NCBI RefSeq assembly: GCF_018350175.1
Contig: NC_058368.1
Coordinates: 211,174,001 to 211,238,000, forward strand
Direction: 5' to 3'
Length of the DNA: 64,000 nt
DNA from: Felis catus
Taxonomy: Eukaryota
A model generated the notes under the pieces. That model did no database searches, was not told the origin of the DNA, and saw only the letters and a program-made list of their open reading frames with translations. Positions 25,771 to 38,589 of this stretch are shown in pieces. The stretch's first letter is position 1, and the number at the start of each line of letters is the position of its first letter. The position numbers and the translations under genes were made by a program.

Positions 25771-26796
25771 TTCTCTACTCATTTTTAAAAGATGTTTCAG
25801 TTTCTACTACTTTTTCACTTGTTCTAATTCTCCAGTTTGTTTTCCATTCTATGTATTTCTTGAAATGCAATACAAGTATATCCAAAACTATTTGGAAAAT
25901 TAATAGGCTATCAAGAAAAAAATATATGCGTGTAATATCTGATTCCCTAATTGGCTTTGGCAAGACCTATCTTTGAGTTATCATCTCCATTAAAACTTCT
26001 CTCAAGTGCAGATTATTCTATGGCATAACAAAGGTTAGAATATAATGGGGGCTTTTTTTCATTACTTTAACCTGTTGCTTTGGCTCCTTTTAACATTTGA
26101 GGTATGTACCTACACCTGGCCCTCAAGGGAAATGTCTATTTTTTAGGTTCCTAGCTAGCTAAATTTATTAATAAAGTATAATGGGTTATCTTCTTTATAC
26201 CATATATATTCAATTCTATGAACTTTTCAATACATTTTATTACCTTTGAAACTGGGGTACACCTTTAAATATTTGGCATATCATTAATTAATTAACAGAT
26301 TTTTTTCTCAGCAGCAAATAAAATAATGGTAGCAAAAAACCCAATTGATAGCTTCTCAAATATGTCTAAATAAAGTAATCTTTAACAGTATCAGTGTACT
26401 TTTAAGAATTTGTGAATGATCTAGGAACCTGTTCTGAACCATACAATTGTTTCTGACTGGGTACCATGTTGTATATGCTAACCCAAAATGAGGACGTTAA
26501 GTCTTTGAAAATAGGATATAAGTATATAGCTACTCTTCCTTTTGATTCTCTACCCAGATATTTCTCTCATTGATAATTTTTGGATTTCATTGACTTATGC
26601 CTAATGAAACCAAACTATACATCAATTTTAAAGTATATCTTATTTTCCATAAATTCCCAGTTCTCCTTCCATTTCCCACCCCCCCCCAAAAGCAAACAAG
26701 TTACTAAATAAGCAATTAAAAGTAAACAAGTTACTAAATAAATAAGCTGTCCATCTATTCAATGAGAATGTTGTGGTTACCATGATATTCCCTCCC

Positions 26797-27019
26797 TTTT
26801 TTTTAATTTTTTTTTTCAACGTTTATTTATTTTTGGGACAGAGAGAGACAGAGCATGAATGGGGGAGGGGCAGAGAGAGAGGGAGACACAGAATCGGAAA
26901 CAGGCTCCAGGCTCTGAGCCATCAGCTCAGAGCCCGACGCGGGGCTCGAACTCACGGACCGCGAGATCGTGACCTGGTGGAAGCCGGACGCTTAACCGAC
27001 TGCGCCACCCAGGCGCCCC
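26797..27019 (-). mobile_element. Young feline CAN-SINE (SINEC_Fc-type)
   Basis: CpG-rich intact head (rc ggggcgcctgggtggcgcagtcggttaagcgtccg); TSD cctcccttttt. Confidence 0.97.
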
Positions 27020-27027
27020 TCCTCCCT

Positions 27028-27160
27028 TTTTAATTGTGCTAAAATGCACAAAGCATAACTTTACTATCTTAACCATTTTGAAGTGCACACAGTTCAGTAA
27101 TGCATTCACAATGATGTTCAACCAATCTCCAGAACTCTTTTCATCTTGCAAAACTGGAAA
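27028..27160 (-). mobile_element. Old L1 (L1MA/MB-like) 3' end fragment
   Basis: tttactatcttaaccattttgaagtgcacacagttcagtaatgcattcacaatg...tccagaactcttttcatcttgcaaaactg. Confidence 0.75.
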
Positions 27161-27334
27161 TACTATAATATCTTTTAAATTTTTAGCTTTTAGCTACAAA
27201 ACCCTTATGATTTTTGTCAGAACAGTTTCAAATAAGTCCTGAACCTCCAGCCAGAGGTTTGGACCTAACCCAGCCCAAATTAGACCACTAATTTTCAACC
27301 TTTTTTTTCAGATTGTACTCTCTTTAAATGGGTG

Positions 27335-27337
<3 letters not shown>

Positions 27338-27379
<42 letters not shown>
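27338..27379. repeat. (GT)n microsatellite
   Basis: About 21 units. Confidence 0.97.
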
Positions 27380-27380
<1 letters not shown>

Positions 27381-28303
27381 AATGGCTATTTTCATTCATA
27401 AGATGGGATTAAACATTTTAATATTTTAACACTTTAATATTTCAAAATATTTCCTATTGGTTGGCTCCACTAAAAAGGAATATGTCCTTCCAATAAAAGA
27501 GCTGATACAATTCAGTAATTGCTTCCATGTTTCTTTTCTTGTCTTGCCTTGTTATTTAAGGAGTGTACATTTCTTTGAAGTCAGAGAATAGCTTCTCATC
27601 ATGTGCACACAGATGTATCGATGAATCAGATAACTGTATCTGTGAAGGAGATTGGTTTAAAATACACGAACCACTGGAAAGACAGAAGTGTGTAAAACAA
27701 TGGCTTTCTTGCTGGACTTTTAAAAGTCCTAGACCTCTGTGCTAGTGCCTCCAAATGGGCCTTAAGGTGCAAACAGGAGGCCAAGTGGATGGGACTGGTC
27801 GCATGCTCTTTCTTATCTTCTGCCTTTACTCCCTTTCTTTCTCACCAGAAGCCAGTCCACCCAAAAACTTTGACAGAAGGCTTGTGGGACAAGATAGCCA
27901 GAAATGCTGAGTGTGCTGAGGAAGTCAAGGGACCCAGACAGTAAGCAGCTCTGAGATTTGATTTCCCCTCTGTGCTTCTCATCCTGTCCCTCTCTCCTTC
28001 CTTTTGCTTTTCCTTAGCTGATTTCCCAAGGATAGAATTTGTTTGTTTTTCTGACCAAATAGTAAAGAAGTATTTGTTTTCAGATTCTTAATTTTGAAAG
28101 CAACAGAATAGAACTCTTAAGGAAAAATAGCACAAAACCCTACACCACATTAAATTATAGTTTTCTTTATGTAGCCTTAAATAGATTGTTCTTCTTTGGA
28201 TCAGTAGATTCAAAGGGAAAAAAAAATGTTCCTTGACCCAAGGTTATGTACATGGTTTGGGTGACTGGGACGCATCATCTCAACCTCAAGAAATACCTTA
28301 GAA

Positions 28304-28455
28304 CAATGGTTCTTAACCTTTGCTCCACATTAGAATTCTAATGTTCCGGTGGTAGCCCCATTAAATCAGAATGCTTGGTGTCAGGGGAGCCAGGAATCCG
28401 CATGTTTTAAGGTTTCCTGGTGATTCAGATATGAGACAGATTTTAGGAACCACTG
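28304..28455. mobile_element. MER5-type hAT-Charlie MITE
   Basis: Terminal inverted repeats caatggttct / ggaaccactg; 8-bp TSD ccttagaa (28296-28303) and ccttagag (28456-28463). Confidence 0.8.
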
Positions 28456-29474
28456 CCTTAGAGATTGTATTAATAAAGTCCTGATACTGGCTTGCTGCTG
28501 TATTGCCACTTCACTTTTCATCAAGAAGTGGAATGTGACAGAAAGCACTTTTTTTTTTCTGTTAATCAAATTAAGCCCCAGTTAACTGACTGTTGTGCGG
28601 TAATTTATTGCCAGGGGGCAATCACAAGGGTGCCTGCTTTAGGGAAAACGGTAGTCAGACTAGTATTTTGGTATCCTGTAGTCAAAATAATGTATTTATC
28701 CATGGATTTTTGGTTGTTGTTAGTTGAATCTTCAAACTTTGCAATTTGCTGTTTTAATTTACCCAGACGCAACTTTGGACCCTGGCAATCTTCTAACTTA
28801 TTCACCACCTTGTTCTCCAGAGTCTGTAGAGAGCAATAAACTCTCCATGGCACCGGATCTTTGTGCGATAATCCAAGGAGAAAGTACCCATCAGGACCCC
28901 TCAAGCAACACCTAATCATCTCAGTGAACATTTCAAGAGCCCATCCAATCCCAGCTCTGTCTCAGCTTCCTGGTTTCGTTTCCATCTTCATATGTATAGA
29001 GTTTTGTTTTTTTCCATAAACATCGTTTAAAAGACTATAGGGCCTGGTTCTGAGCACATTCTATTTTGATGGTGAATTCTCCTAATTATTTGGCAAAAGC
29101 GAGAGCATGAGCTCATTGGAACAAGACCTTTTTGTCCTTCTGTCGAACTTGTGCTTTGGTAGTCCAGAGGTCCTCATTTGCTGGTGCACAGACTTTAAGG
29201 AGAGAAAACAAGTGCTGTGAGCACGGGATCTGACTTAGGGCTGCTCAGACCCACAGGAAGAGCCTCACACACAACTTAATGATAGTCCCCAAAAGCGTGA
29301 CAGAGTAGTAGAAAGAAAATTCAGTCTAGTTGGTCTCTATTGCCACAGAAGAAACAAGATTAAAATGCAGTTAATTGGGAGTTTAGTGAGCAGAGACGAT
29401 AACCAGAATTAAATAATAGATTTGCTTACTAAGAAAGCCTGTGGCATCTCCATTCCTAAAGAGACAGTCTGCTA

Positions 29475-29640
29475 TAGCATGGGGATCAGAGGATTGGGTC
29501 ACAATCCTACCTTGGCCTCTAACTTGCCATATAACTATTCATGTTACATGACTTTTCAGGGCTTCAGTCTTCCCATCTGTCAAGTAAAAAGTTGAGCTGA
29601 GTGATCACCAGAGTCCTTTGTTACGTACTAACAGTCTATG
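29475..29640 (+). mobile_element. MIR/MIR3 remnant
   Basis: gggcttcagtcttcccatctgtcaagt...gagtgatcaccagagtcc core. Confidence 0.55.
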
Positions 29641-30767
29641 GTATGTGAAAACAGGACATGTAGCCTTCTGTCTTGACTGGGTATTAATAGCAGTTGCTTA
29701 TCTGAGTTTCTTTCCAACTGAAGAATTTACAGACTAATTCATTAATTTCTGTCCTGTTTTGAATTGCAAAAATACAACCAGATCCAGATGAGATGATACC
29801 AAATAATAATTATTAATTACATTAGATCTGAAAATAATACTATAGTTATGTAAGAATAGAGTCACAATTGCTAGATGTATAGACTGAAATAGGTAGCGAT
29901 AAAGTAGCGTGATGTCAGGGATTTGCTTTTTTAAGAAATAACAAAATAAAACAATGTATCCAGTAATATATTCAGATCTCACAACATAACTTTTGGGTTG
30001 GCAGCCTTTCTGTATATGGAGCCTATATTGTAGAAAAAGGAGTCAAGATCCTGGAGTATGCAGATGTTGATGGTCTTGAGTGTTCTGGACATAGAACCAA
30101 GGGACTAAAAGCTTTAGAGACTACACAAAGCTTTTCTAAAAATCTGGGATGTGGAGGTTGAGTTAATTTACCTTTTTCTTTCTCTGTGTTATATGGATAG
30201 GTTGATAAACGAAGAAAGCAATTTCCCCTGAAGGAAATGGAAGCCCTTAGAGGTTTTAGTGACTTTGCTGGGAACACATACTAATGTGTGTGGCAACATC
30301 AAAGCCAGAAGGAAGATTGAAGGGTGAGGTTCTAGGACTACCTCTCTCCTGTACCTCCTTCCACTCCTGCTGGGGAAGTACCAATAGTATACATATGCTT
30401 TTGGCCCCCATTTGCCTGTGCGGTTTTTGCATGTGTCCAATATCCAAGTCTCCTTAATCATTCTTAAACCTCCTTCCAGTGGTTAGATCTCTCCTTTCAT
30501 AGAAATTAACAAGATTGCATAGCAGTGAACTCAGAACGCCATCACTGGCTCCTTTTAGGACAGTAGCAACTTTCCCACTGGAGGACCAGATGCCATACTA
30601 GAATGGGACTGTGCTATGCCCATATTAGGCTGACCACATCCCACACTTTCTAACTATTTTCACTAATTAAAAATACTAGCAAGTTTTAAATTGGTTCATA
30701 AAAGTACGAATTTATCACAGAAAAGATGTTTATATAAACACACCAGCCCACTCAGGCACAAACCATC

Positions 30768-31200
30768 TGTGTTAGTTTCTTAAAGTTTCCATAACGAAGT
30801 GCCAAAGCTGGATAACTTAAAACAACATTTATTTTCTTACAGTTCTAGAGGCTAGAAGTCTATAATCAAGGTTTCCACAGGGACACATTCCCTCTCAGAC
30901 TCTGGTAGAATTTTTCCTTGCCTCTTGCTAGCTTCTGGTGGTGGCCACAATCCGTGGCATTCGTTGGTTTGAAGGCTACATCACTCCGGTCTCTGCCTCT
31001 GTTGTTACATGTGTACATTATGTCTCTTCCCTACTTCTTAGAAAAATAGCAGTCATACTTGGTTAAGGGCCCATTATTACCAGTATGGCCTCATCTTTAC
31101 TAATATATCTCCAATGACCCTATTTCCAAATGAGGTCACATTCCTAAGTACTGGGAGACTTAACCATCTCTTTTAGGGGAATGCAATTCAACTCACAATA
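30768..31200 (-). mobile_element. MLT1B/C-like MaLR solo LTR
   Basis: tgtgttagttt...acagttctagaggctagaagtc...ccctatttccaaatgaggtcacatt...aattcaactcacaata; 5-bp TSD ccatc/tcatc. Confidence 0.85.
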
Positions 31201-32018
31201 TCATCCAAACAAATGATATTGTGAGAAGGTTTCCATCTGTGCCCTCTGTTGTGACTAGGCTCCTGACTTTACACAGTTTCAGAGCTAATCCCATTTCTGT
31301 CTGGAAAGTGATTTTTGACAAGAAGGATTAAGAGGATAACCCAAGCTCCATGGCCAGTGCCAGCTCCTTCAGAAACACACGTTCCATCCTGTGTGACATA
31401 TTCCATGGAACCCAGGTGAACTCAGGTGCTGCTAATGCAGTGATGGCATGGTAAACTCAAGCTTACAATTGGAAGGATTCATGGCTCACCCCCTCCAGCT
31501 TGTCCTGCTGCATTGGCCCTCACCCCTCTCGGTTCCTCCCCTTCTCCCGGCTCATTCATTCTGCTTTGCTGAAACCACAGCTGCTTTGAATCTGGCCATT
31601 TTTGGTTCTTTGCACATGAGCTGTAAACCAAATAAGCCAAAGGAAACAAATACAACCATCATTAACAAGCAAGTTATCCAATTATTGGGGTTCTGTTTTT
31701 GAGATGGGGTCGGGGGGGCAGTCGAGGCCTTGTATATCGCAAGGCAAATGCTAATCTGCCTGCAGAGTCAGCTTGCCAAGGGGTGATCATCAAACAGGTA
31801 GGGCTTCTTTTGAGTTGCACAGGCTTGTCATTGAGGATGTTCATTCAGATCAATGAATAAACCCTACCAAGCACCTTTAGTAAATCTAGCAAGCTTTGCC
31901 TTTGCCCTCTGCATTCTGAGGCGAGCATCCAAACTTCGTTTGGTTGCAGATGCCCAGAGTAAGTCACTGGAGTCACTGGGCTTCTTTAGATTCTGGGCAG
32001 ATTTCCTGGTGCCACAGG

Positions 32019-32021
<3 letters not shown>

Positions 32022-32113
<92 letters not shown>

Positions 32114-32125
32114 TGTCTGTCTGTC
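32022..32125. repeat. Compound (CT)n(GT)n(CTGT)n microsatellite
   Basis: Seen directly. Confidence 0.97.
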
Positions 32126-33409
32126 TTTCTTGGTGAGGATCAGGTCTCTGGGAGATGAGGGAACAGGGAAAGTATATTTGCAGAATCCAATCGTTGTACC
32201 CACTCTCACCCCACTGCTTGGCACATTACCTGCCTTCTGTGCAAGTGAAAAGGAGGTAAACTACTCTGCCACTGGCAGAGGGTGGAAGGTAAAGGAAGAG
32301 GAAGGAACAAAAGGAAAGAGGAAACAGGTGTCAGAGTGGGAAGAAAACATTAACCTTGCATAAAGTGATCAAGACTTATATGATATAGTGATCTCTCAAT
32401 GAAGGAGTGGTTATAGCCAAGGTACTGGAATCTTTAGATATTTCAGGGCTTCCTGAAAACCAGTTAACCCCAACTTATCTTAAAACCCATTAAGCCCCAA
32501 CTCCACATTCGCCATGGTCGATACCTTGACTTTTGTATAAATCCTCCCTGACCTTGTTGGACCAGAGACACAGAATGCAGAGTTGGGGCTCTGTCAGAGT
32601 GGCACAGCTCCATGGTGGCTCATCTCTGTGCAGCTCAGTTAGGCATGCAGAAAAGCTGAGTGGAAAACAAGACTCCCAATATCTAAAAACTGGATTGGAA
32701 TTTCTATCCAAGGGACACAATTTTCCCATTGACCTAGTTGCCTGTACAGCATGTGGAGCAAATCCAGGACACTCAAGATGAAAACACTTTTCCCTCAGTG
32801 CCTGAATGCCAACCATAATTTTTGAGTTCTCTCAACTGGCATCCCTGTTCTGGTCTAACTCCTGCTGTGGTGCCCGCTCTTGAAATTAAAGCTGCCTGCA
32901 TTTTCCACTACCATCATCCAGAAAGGAGAGGGTGTGCCACCATCTTTTCTTTTCTCCTTCAGTTTCTATCTATAGTAGTTTGTATTCATTAACAATAGCT
33001 CTGGTTCCCTTTGCAATCTGGAGCTTCAGAGGCTTTGCTTTGGGTCAGCTCTGATTTGGAAGACTGAATCTTTGGCAGTGAGGTTTTGGAAGAAAAAGAA
33101 AGAGAACACAGGATAGGGGCCAGAGATGGAGGCAGATTCGAATGTTTGGCCTAAAAGTTGTACTTAATAGATGGAGGACCAATTATCTCTGGAACTGATT
33201 TCCCAGCAAATACTTGACAGACAGGTTACAGGTGAGGGCAAGATTAATTATTAAGGCATTGTGGAGGTAGAGAGGGGTAGAGGGGAAGTAAATACTTTCA
33301 TGTTCATCACTGTTTATCCAAAATGAGTATTGCTAATCATGAGGGCTGCTGAACATAAAAGAATATCTATTATCATTTTTGTAAGTAAGTAGGGGAAATA
33401 ACACACTGA

Positions 33410-33858
33410 CATTTCTTTTGAACTGCTTTGTGTGATATAATTTATATACCATAAAGTACACCTGTTTCAAGTATACACCTCAGTGGTTTCTAGAATATTT
33501 ACAGAGTTCTGCAACCATTTTCAAATTTTACTTTGAAAACATTTCATCACCTCAAAAAAGAACTTAGTACATATTAGCAGCAAATTCCCATTCCCCTTTC
33601 TCCCCTGCCCCCAGCCCCGAGCAACCATGAATCTACTTTGTGTCTCTGTAGACTTGTCTTTTCTGGACAATTGGTACAAATGGAATCATACTATATGAGG
33701 TCTTTTGTGACTGGCTTCTTTCCCCTCGGATAATATTTTGAGCTTTGTCCATGTTGCAGCATATATCATTACTTCATTCCCTTTGTATTGCCAAATAATA
33801 TTCCATGATTAGGACATACTACATTTTATGTACCCGTTCATCAATTGATGGACAACAT
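33410..33858 (-). mobile_element. L1MB-like 3' end remnant
   Basis: atatttacagagttctgcaacca...gcaaccatgaatctactttgtgtctctgtagacttg...aatggaatcata...ttgatggaca. Confidence 0.8.
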
Positions 33859-36714
33859 TCTATGTATTTCATTTCAAAGAGCAAAGTGCCATGATCTCTG
33901 TGATCTAACTTACGTCTTCCTGAAGGTGACATGGCTAGAAGGTGGCATACGTCATGTTTATATCTCTTTAAGTCTGGTTTAAAATTTTGTGCATATCATT
34001 GGACAATACCACCTGTATGCAATGTATCATGCTAGCCAATATGCTGTATGCTAGGACATAACCATAATAGTGCACACAAATTTGCTTTAATAAAAATGAA
34101 TGATTGATACAATAGGGCTACTTTGGAAAATGTCACCAAAACCCATGAGGAAAAAAAAAAACAGAAGAGCCTGAGATGAAGCTGTTGGAACAAATATAGG
34201 ACCTTAGGAACCTCAAAGTAAAGCAAATCATCCAACTAGATGCTATGTTCTCCTCAGTCTGGGGAGCCAGGCCCCCTGGTTTATGGGACTAAAAGAAACA
34301 GCTAGGGAATTAGTCCCTTGTGCCCATGTTGACATTTCAGTTCTCAAATTAATGTTTTCAGATGTTCTCATTACCATCACCACTCACTGCCCACCCCCCC
34401 AAACAACACTGTAAAATTAGTCTTGGGAGCAAAAGAGTAAACACAAGCACAGCTTATGATTCTTCCAAGTTCAACTACCCCTAAAAAAAAGCAACATCTG
34501 ACAGTCAAACAAACAACCAGATTGAAAAACAGAGGTGTCAGCATTGACACATGCTAATTATTTGCTACTCCACAAGGATTATTAGCTACACTGCCTCAAG
34601 ACTGAAGGAGAAAACAGTTCAAGGGCCAGAGACAAATATCATTTTGATGGTCCCCAACTGGCTGAAGTCACAGGAAAGCTAATACAGATTTTCTCCTAAC
34701 ATTCCTCTCTAAACAATCTCCCTGATTATACAGTATAAAGTAGAAACAATTTTAGCTCTAATCCTAAATAATCCTAAACCTTGGATACTAAAATCAAGAA
34801 ATAGTTATTCTCTTGTATTTGCAGGTAAAAAGGTGTTCTCAATTCATATTACCAAAATCATAACAATCTGCTATTTTAATTTAAAAAGTATTTTCTTTCC
34901 CCATTTATAGTATTAATGGCTTCAAATGCATAAAGAACCTTTTCATAAGCCCCCTCATGGGGATTTAGAGATCAAGAGAGAGGTAACATTTTTTTAAATG
35001 TTCTTAATATTGCGATCAATTGGGTATTATTTTTTTAAACCAATTCCTTGAAAATTCTGGATAAAGTCTTTTCATCAGTTGTAAGTTGTTTTTTATTGTC
35101 ATTTTAATTAGGAGTATAACCCTGGCTTGTAGATGCTATAAGCTTCTTTAGGAAGATGGATTTGTACTGCGGTCTCTGAACTACAATAAACAGAAAGCCA
35201 TTTCATTCAGGTACACTACTAGTGGCTGCCTCATCCCTGCATCCAACCTATGGTTGCCCCAGTCACAATGACCGTTGGCCAATTTGTGCAGAGTCACATT
35301 TATGCCATGGCTGTTCACTGGACTGGAACAATTACTCTACTTTTCAGTGATCCCAATTTGGTATTGTCGTGCTTGTAAAATCCAACTGTAAACTCTACCT
35401 TTCCCTGGTAGTCAATCAAGAAGACCTGGACTTTGGTTCTTTTTAAATTATCAGCAATACACTTTATTTACTTTATACTCACTCTCAAAAGGATTTGAAG
35501 TAATGTGCTTTAGATATGGCTTTGCCAAACTGTGACCTTGAGCAGGTTGTAACACTCATAAAACTTCTAACCTTTCACAGTGTTTCACTATTGTGAAGCA
35601 CTTCTACATCCTTTCTCTTGTTAAAGTTATTACCCTCAGAGAATGCCAGTTGACCTATATGCTTCTGGTAAGCTAGCAAGTGGAAGACACTTTAGAAAAC
35701 AAGGGCAGTGGACAAATGCAAGGGTCTCCCTGTTAATCTACTGATGGTTAGGACTAGAGTTTCAGTATGTTGGTCCAACTTTGGCTTCAATTCTGGCCTC
35801 CGGAGAAGTTCCCATCCTGGATATTTGGCAAGAATGAGAGGTCAGAAATGCCAAGACCAGGAGGTCAGGGTGGATATTCTCCCAAGGATCCATACAAGGA
35901 ACTTCTTGGAAAGAAATGAATTTGAGGAATTTGGCCTGAATATCAGTAGCTACAAAAGGGCCTTGAGTTTTCCTAGCAGATGATTTCAGGAGTATCTAAA
36001 TTCTGGATTTAGGGATTTATAGACTGTAGCTTAAATCGCAAGCCTAGAGCCTAAGAATCATAGCATTTCAGAGTTGAAATATGCCCTCTTAACTGTTCTT
36101 TCTGTCCTGCTCCTCGTCAGTAACCCCTCTAGGGTTTCATGTAGTCTCTGCTTAAAGAGTTTGTCTCCTACCAGATATCTCACTTCAAGCTTGGGACACA
36201 ATAATCATTAAACAATTATTTTTCCTTTCAAGCCCAGGCCTTCTTCCTTTTACCATGACTCATTTATTGTCCTCCCAGTAATGGGCAAGTGGGCTTTTAT
36301 TGAACTCAAATCTGTTTCCATGTAATTTCCTCCAACTAGAAGATTTCTCTCCTTGTGCCTTTGGATATATTTTCTCAGTGATCATAGCAACCCTAAATGA
36401 TTTCCGAGACAACACACAAAGCCCCTGAGAATTGACACATCTTCCTTTTTACTTCCAACTTCTCCTTGTCTTCTGCATCTCTTTCTTTTCCTCTGATCCC
36501 CTTATAATTCTTCTGGAAATGAAGCATGAACTCATAGAGAGAAGGCAAAGGGTTCCAGGGGAAAGACAAGAGAAACTTGGTTTAAGCCCTGACAAATTTC
36601 CACCTCTAAAGCTTTAAAGTAAATATTACTATTTACTGGATGGAGATGGGGGTATAATGATAGGATATACGTGGATATTCATTATAGATTGCAACATACT
36701 ATAAAAGCTACGAA

Positions 36715-36900
36715 ATACTTTAATGTTAAATTCTAAAAGACCTCAACCATCATGTAGTCCTGGCTTCTTGTTTTACACTAGAACATTAAACAGAGGGGAA
36801 AAGTGACATGTCCAAGGACCACAGCACTAGTTAGAGTCAGAGCTAGCAATGAAAGCCGGATTTTCCAATTCACAATCCTTTGCTTCTTCTAAGGCCTCTC
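36715..36900 (-). mobile_element. MIR/MIR3 remnant
   Basis: cagaggggaaaagtgacatgtccaaggaccacagcactagttag. Confidence 0.5.
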
Positions 36901-37113
36901 TGTTGAACAATGAAAATCCATAAGAATCATCCACACAGAGACCCTAAATAGTACCCCCACACATGTTAGGTGCTCAGTGACTAATGGCTGAAGAAATATA
37001 TGAGTAAATGGTTGAAGGAATGATAGTAATTATTCACGATGATGACTTATAGTTCACGATGATGATTTATAGTTTTCCTCCAAATGTCACTTCTATTTTC
37101 AATCATTTTTTAA

Positions 37114-37833
37114 ATTTTTTTTCAATATATGACGTTTATTGTCAAATTGGTTTCCATACAACACCCAGTGCTCATCCCAAAAGGTGCCCTCCTCAATACC
37201 CATCACCCACCCTCCCCTCCCTCCCACCCTCCCCCTCCCACCCCCCATCAACCCTCAGTTTGTTCTCAGTTTTTAAGAGTCTCTTATGCTTTGGCTCTCT
37301 TCCACTCTAACCTCTTTTTTTTTTTCCTTCCCCTCCCCTCCCCTTCTGTTAAGGTTCTCAGTATCCACATAAGAGTGAAACCATATGGTATCTGTCTTTC
37401 TCTGTATGGCTTATTTCACTTAGCATAACACTCTCCAGTTCCATCCATGTTGCTACAAAGGGCCATATTTCATTCTTTCTCATTGCCATGTAGTACTCCA
37501 TTGTGTATATAAACCACAATTTCTTTATCCAGTGAAGAAATGGGCAGAAAACATGAATAGACACTTCTCTAAAGAAGACATCCAGATGGCCAACAGGCAC
37601 ATGAAAAGATGCTCAACATCGCTCTTCATCAGGGAAATGCAAATCAAAACCACACTCAGATATCACCTCATGCCAGTCAGAGTGGCCAAAATGAACAAAT
37701 CAGGAGACTATAGATGCTGGCGAGGATGTGGAGAAACAGGAACCCTCTTGCACTGTTGGTGGGAATGCAAATTGGTGCAGCCACTCTGGAAAACAGTGTG
37801 GAGGTTCCTCAAAAAATTAAAAATAGACCTACC
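37114..37833 (-). mobile_element. Young feline L1 with 5' inversion (twin priming)
   Basis: Antisense 3' end 37114-37531 joined to a sense ORF2 segment 37527-37837; TSD ctattttcaatcattttttaa at 37093-37113 and 37834-37854. Confidence 0.95.
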
Positions 37834-38589
37834 CTATTTTCAATCATTTTTTAATTAGGTCTCTGTTAAGGAGCTTTGTGCTTAACACGGACCTGTGAAG
37901 ATTGAATGGGACCACGCATGCAAGTCCTGAAAAGCAGCGTCTGGCAATCAGTAAATGCTCACTAATTATTTGTGTTCTCTGTTTCTAACCATTTTTCTAA
38001 AAAGACTATGCTGATGCCATCGACACTCACTAATCTGAAAATCACCTTGCAATCTATGAACCAAAGGAATTCTGCAACTGCCAGAGTAATACTTTGTATT
38101 ACTACTCCCTGTTGATTCCTACCTTGTACCTTTAACTAGGCCATCCACACGTGCCCCTGGCTGTTGACATCCAAAAAGACACACTTTCTTTCTCTGAACT
38201 TGTGTGTACTTAGCCCCTGACCTTTGGGCTCTGTCCCCCATTCCCAGTCAGGACTTGCCTGTTGGACCTGACAAGGTATCTGGTTTTACCTTATTTGACC
38301 CTTAGCGTTCTTACTCCCTCTCCTTCAATCTCCATCTCCATCATGGTTTTGGAATTTCCCTTGGTTCCCTGTACTCCAGGCATTCTGGCAGCTCTGTTCC
38401 CCCTAAACAAGGCCCTCTCCCTTGACCCAAATTAGTGTGTCTGCCTCTGCCTTATATACAGGTCAGACACTCTCTCTATTGAAGCATTGGTTATAAATAT
38501 TGATTTTTAATACTTGGGGCTGGCAGGTGGATATAAGCTCTTCATATTTCTGTGTTTCAGAAAAGAGAAACAGAGGTATCTTTATTCCT

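Noticed and set aside
27563..27745. Cys-rich 60-aa ORF after a polypyrimidine tract
   Set aside because: Cys spacing matches no domain I recognise; no convincing donor site
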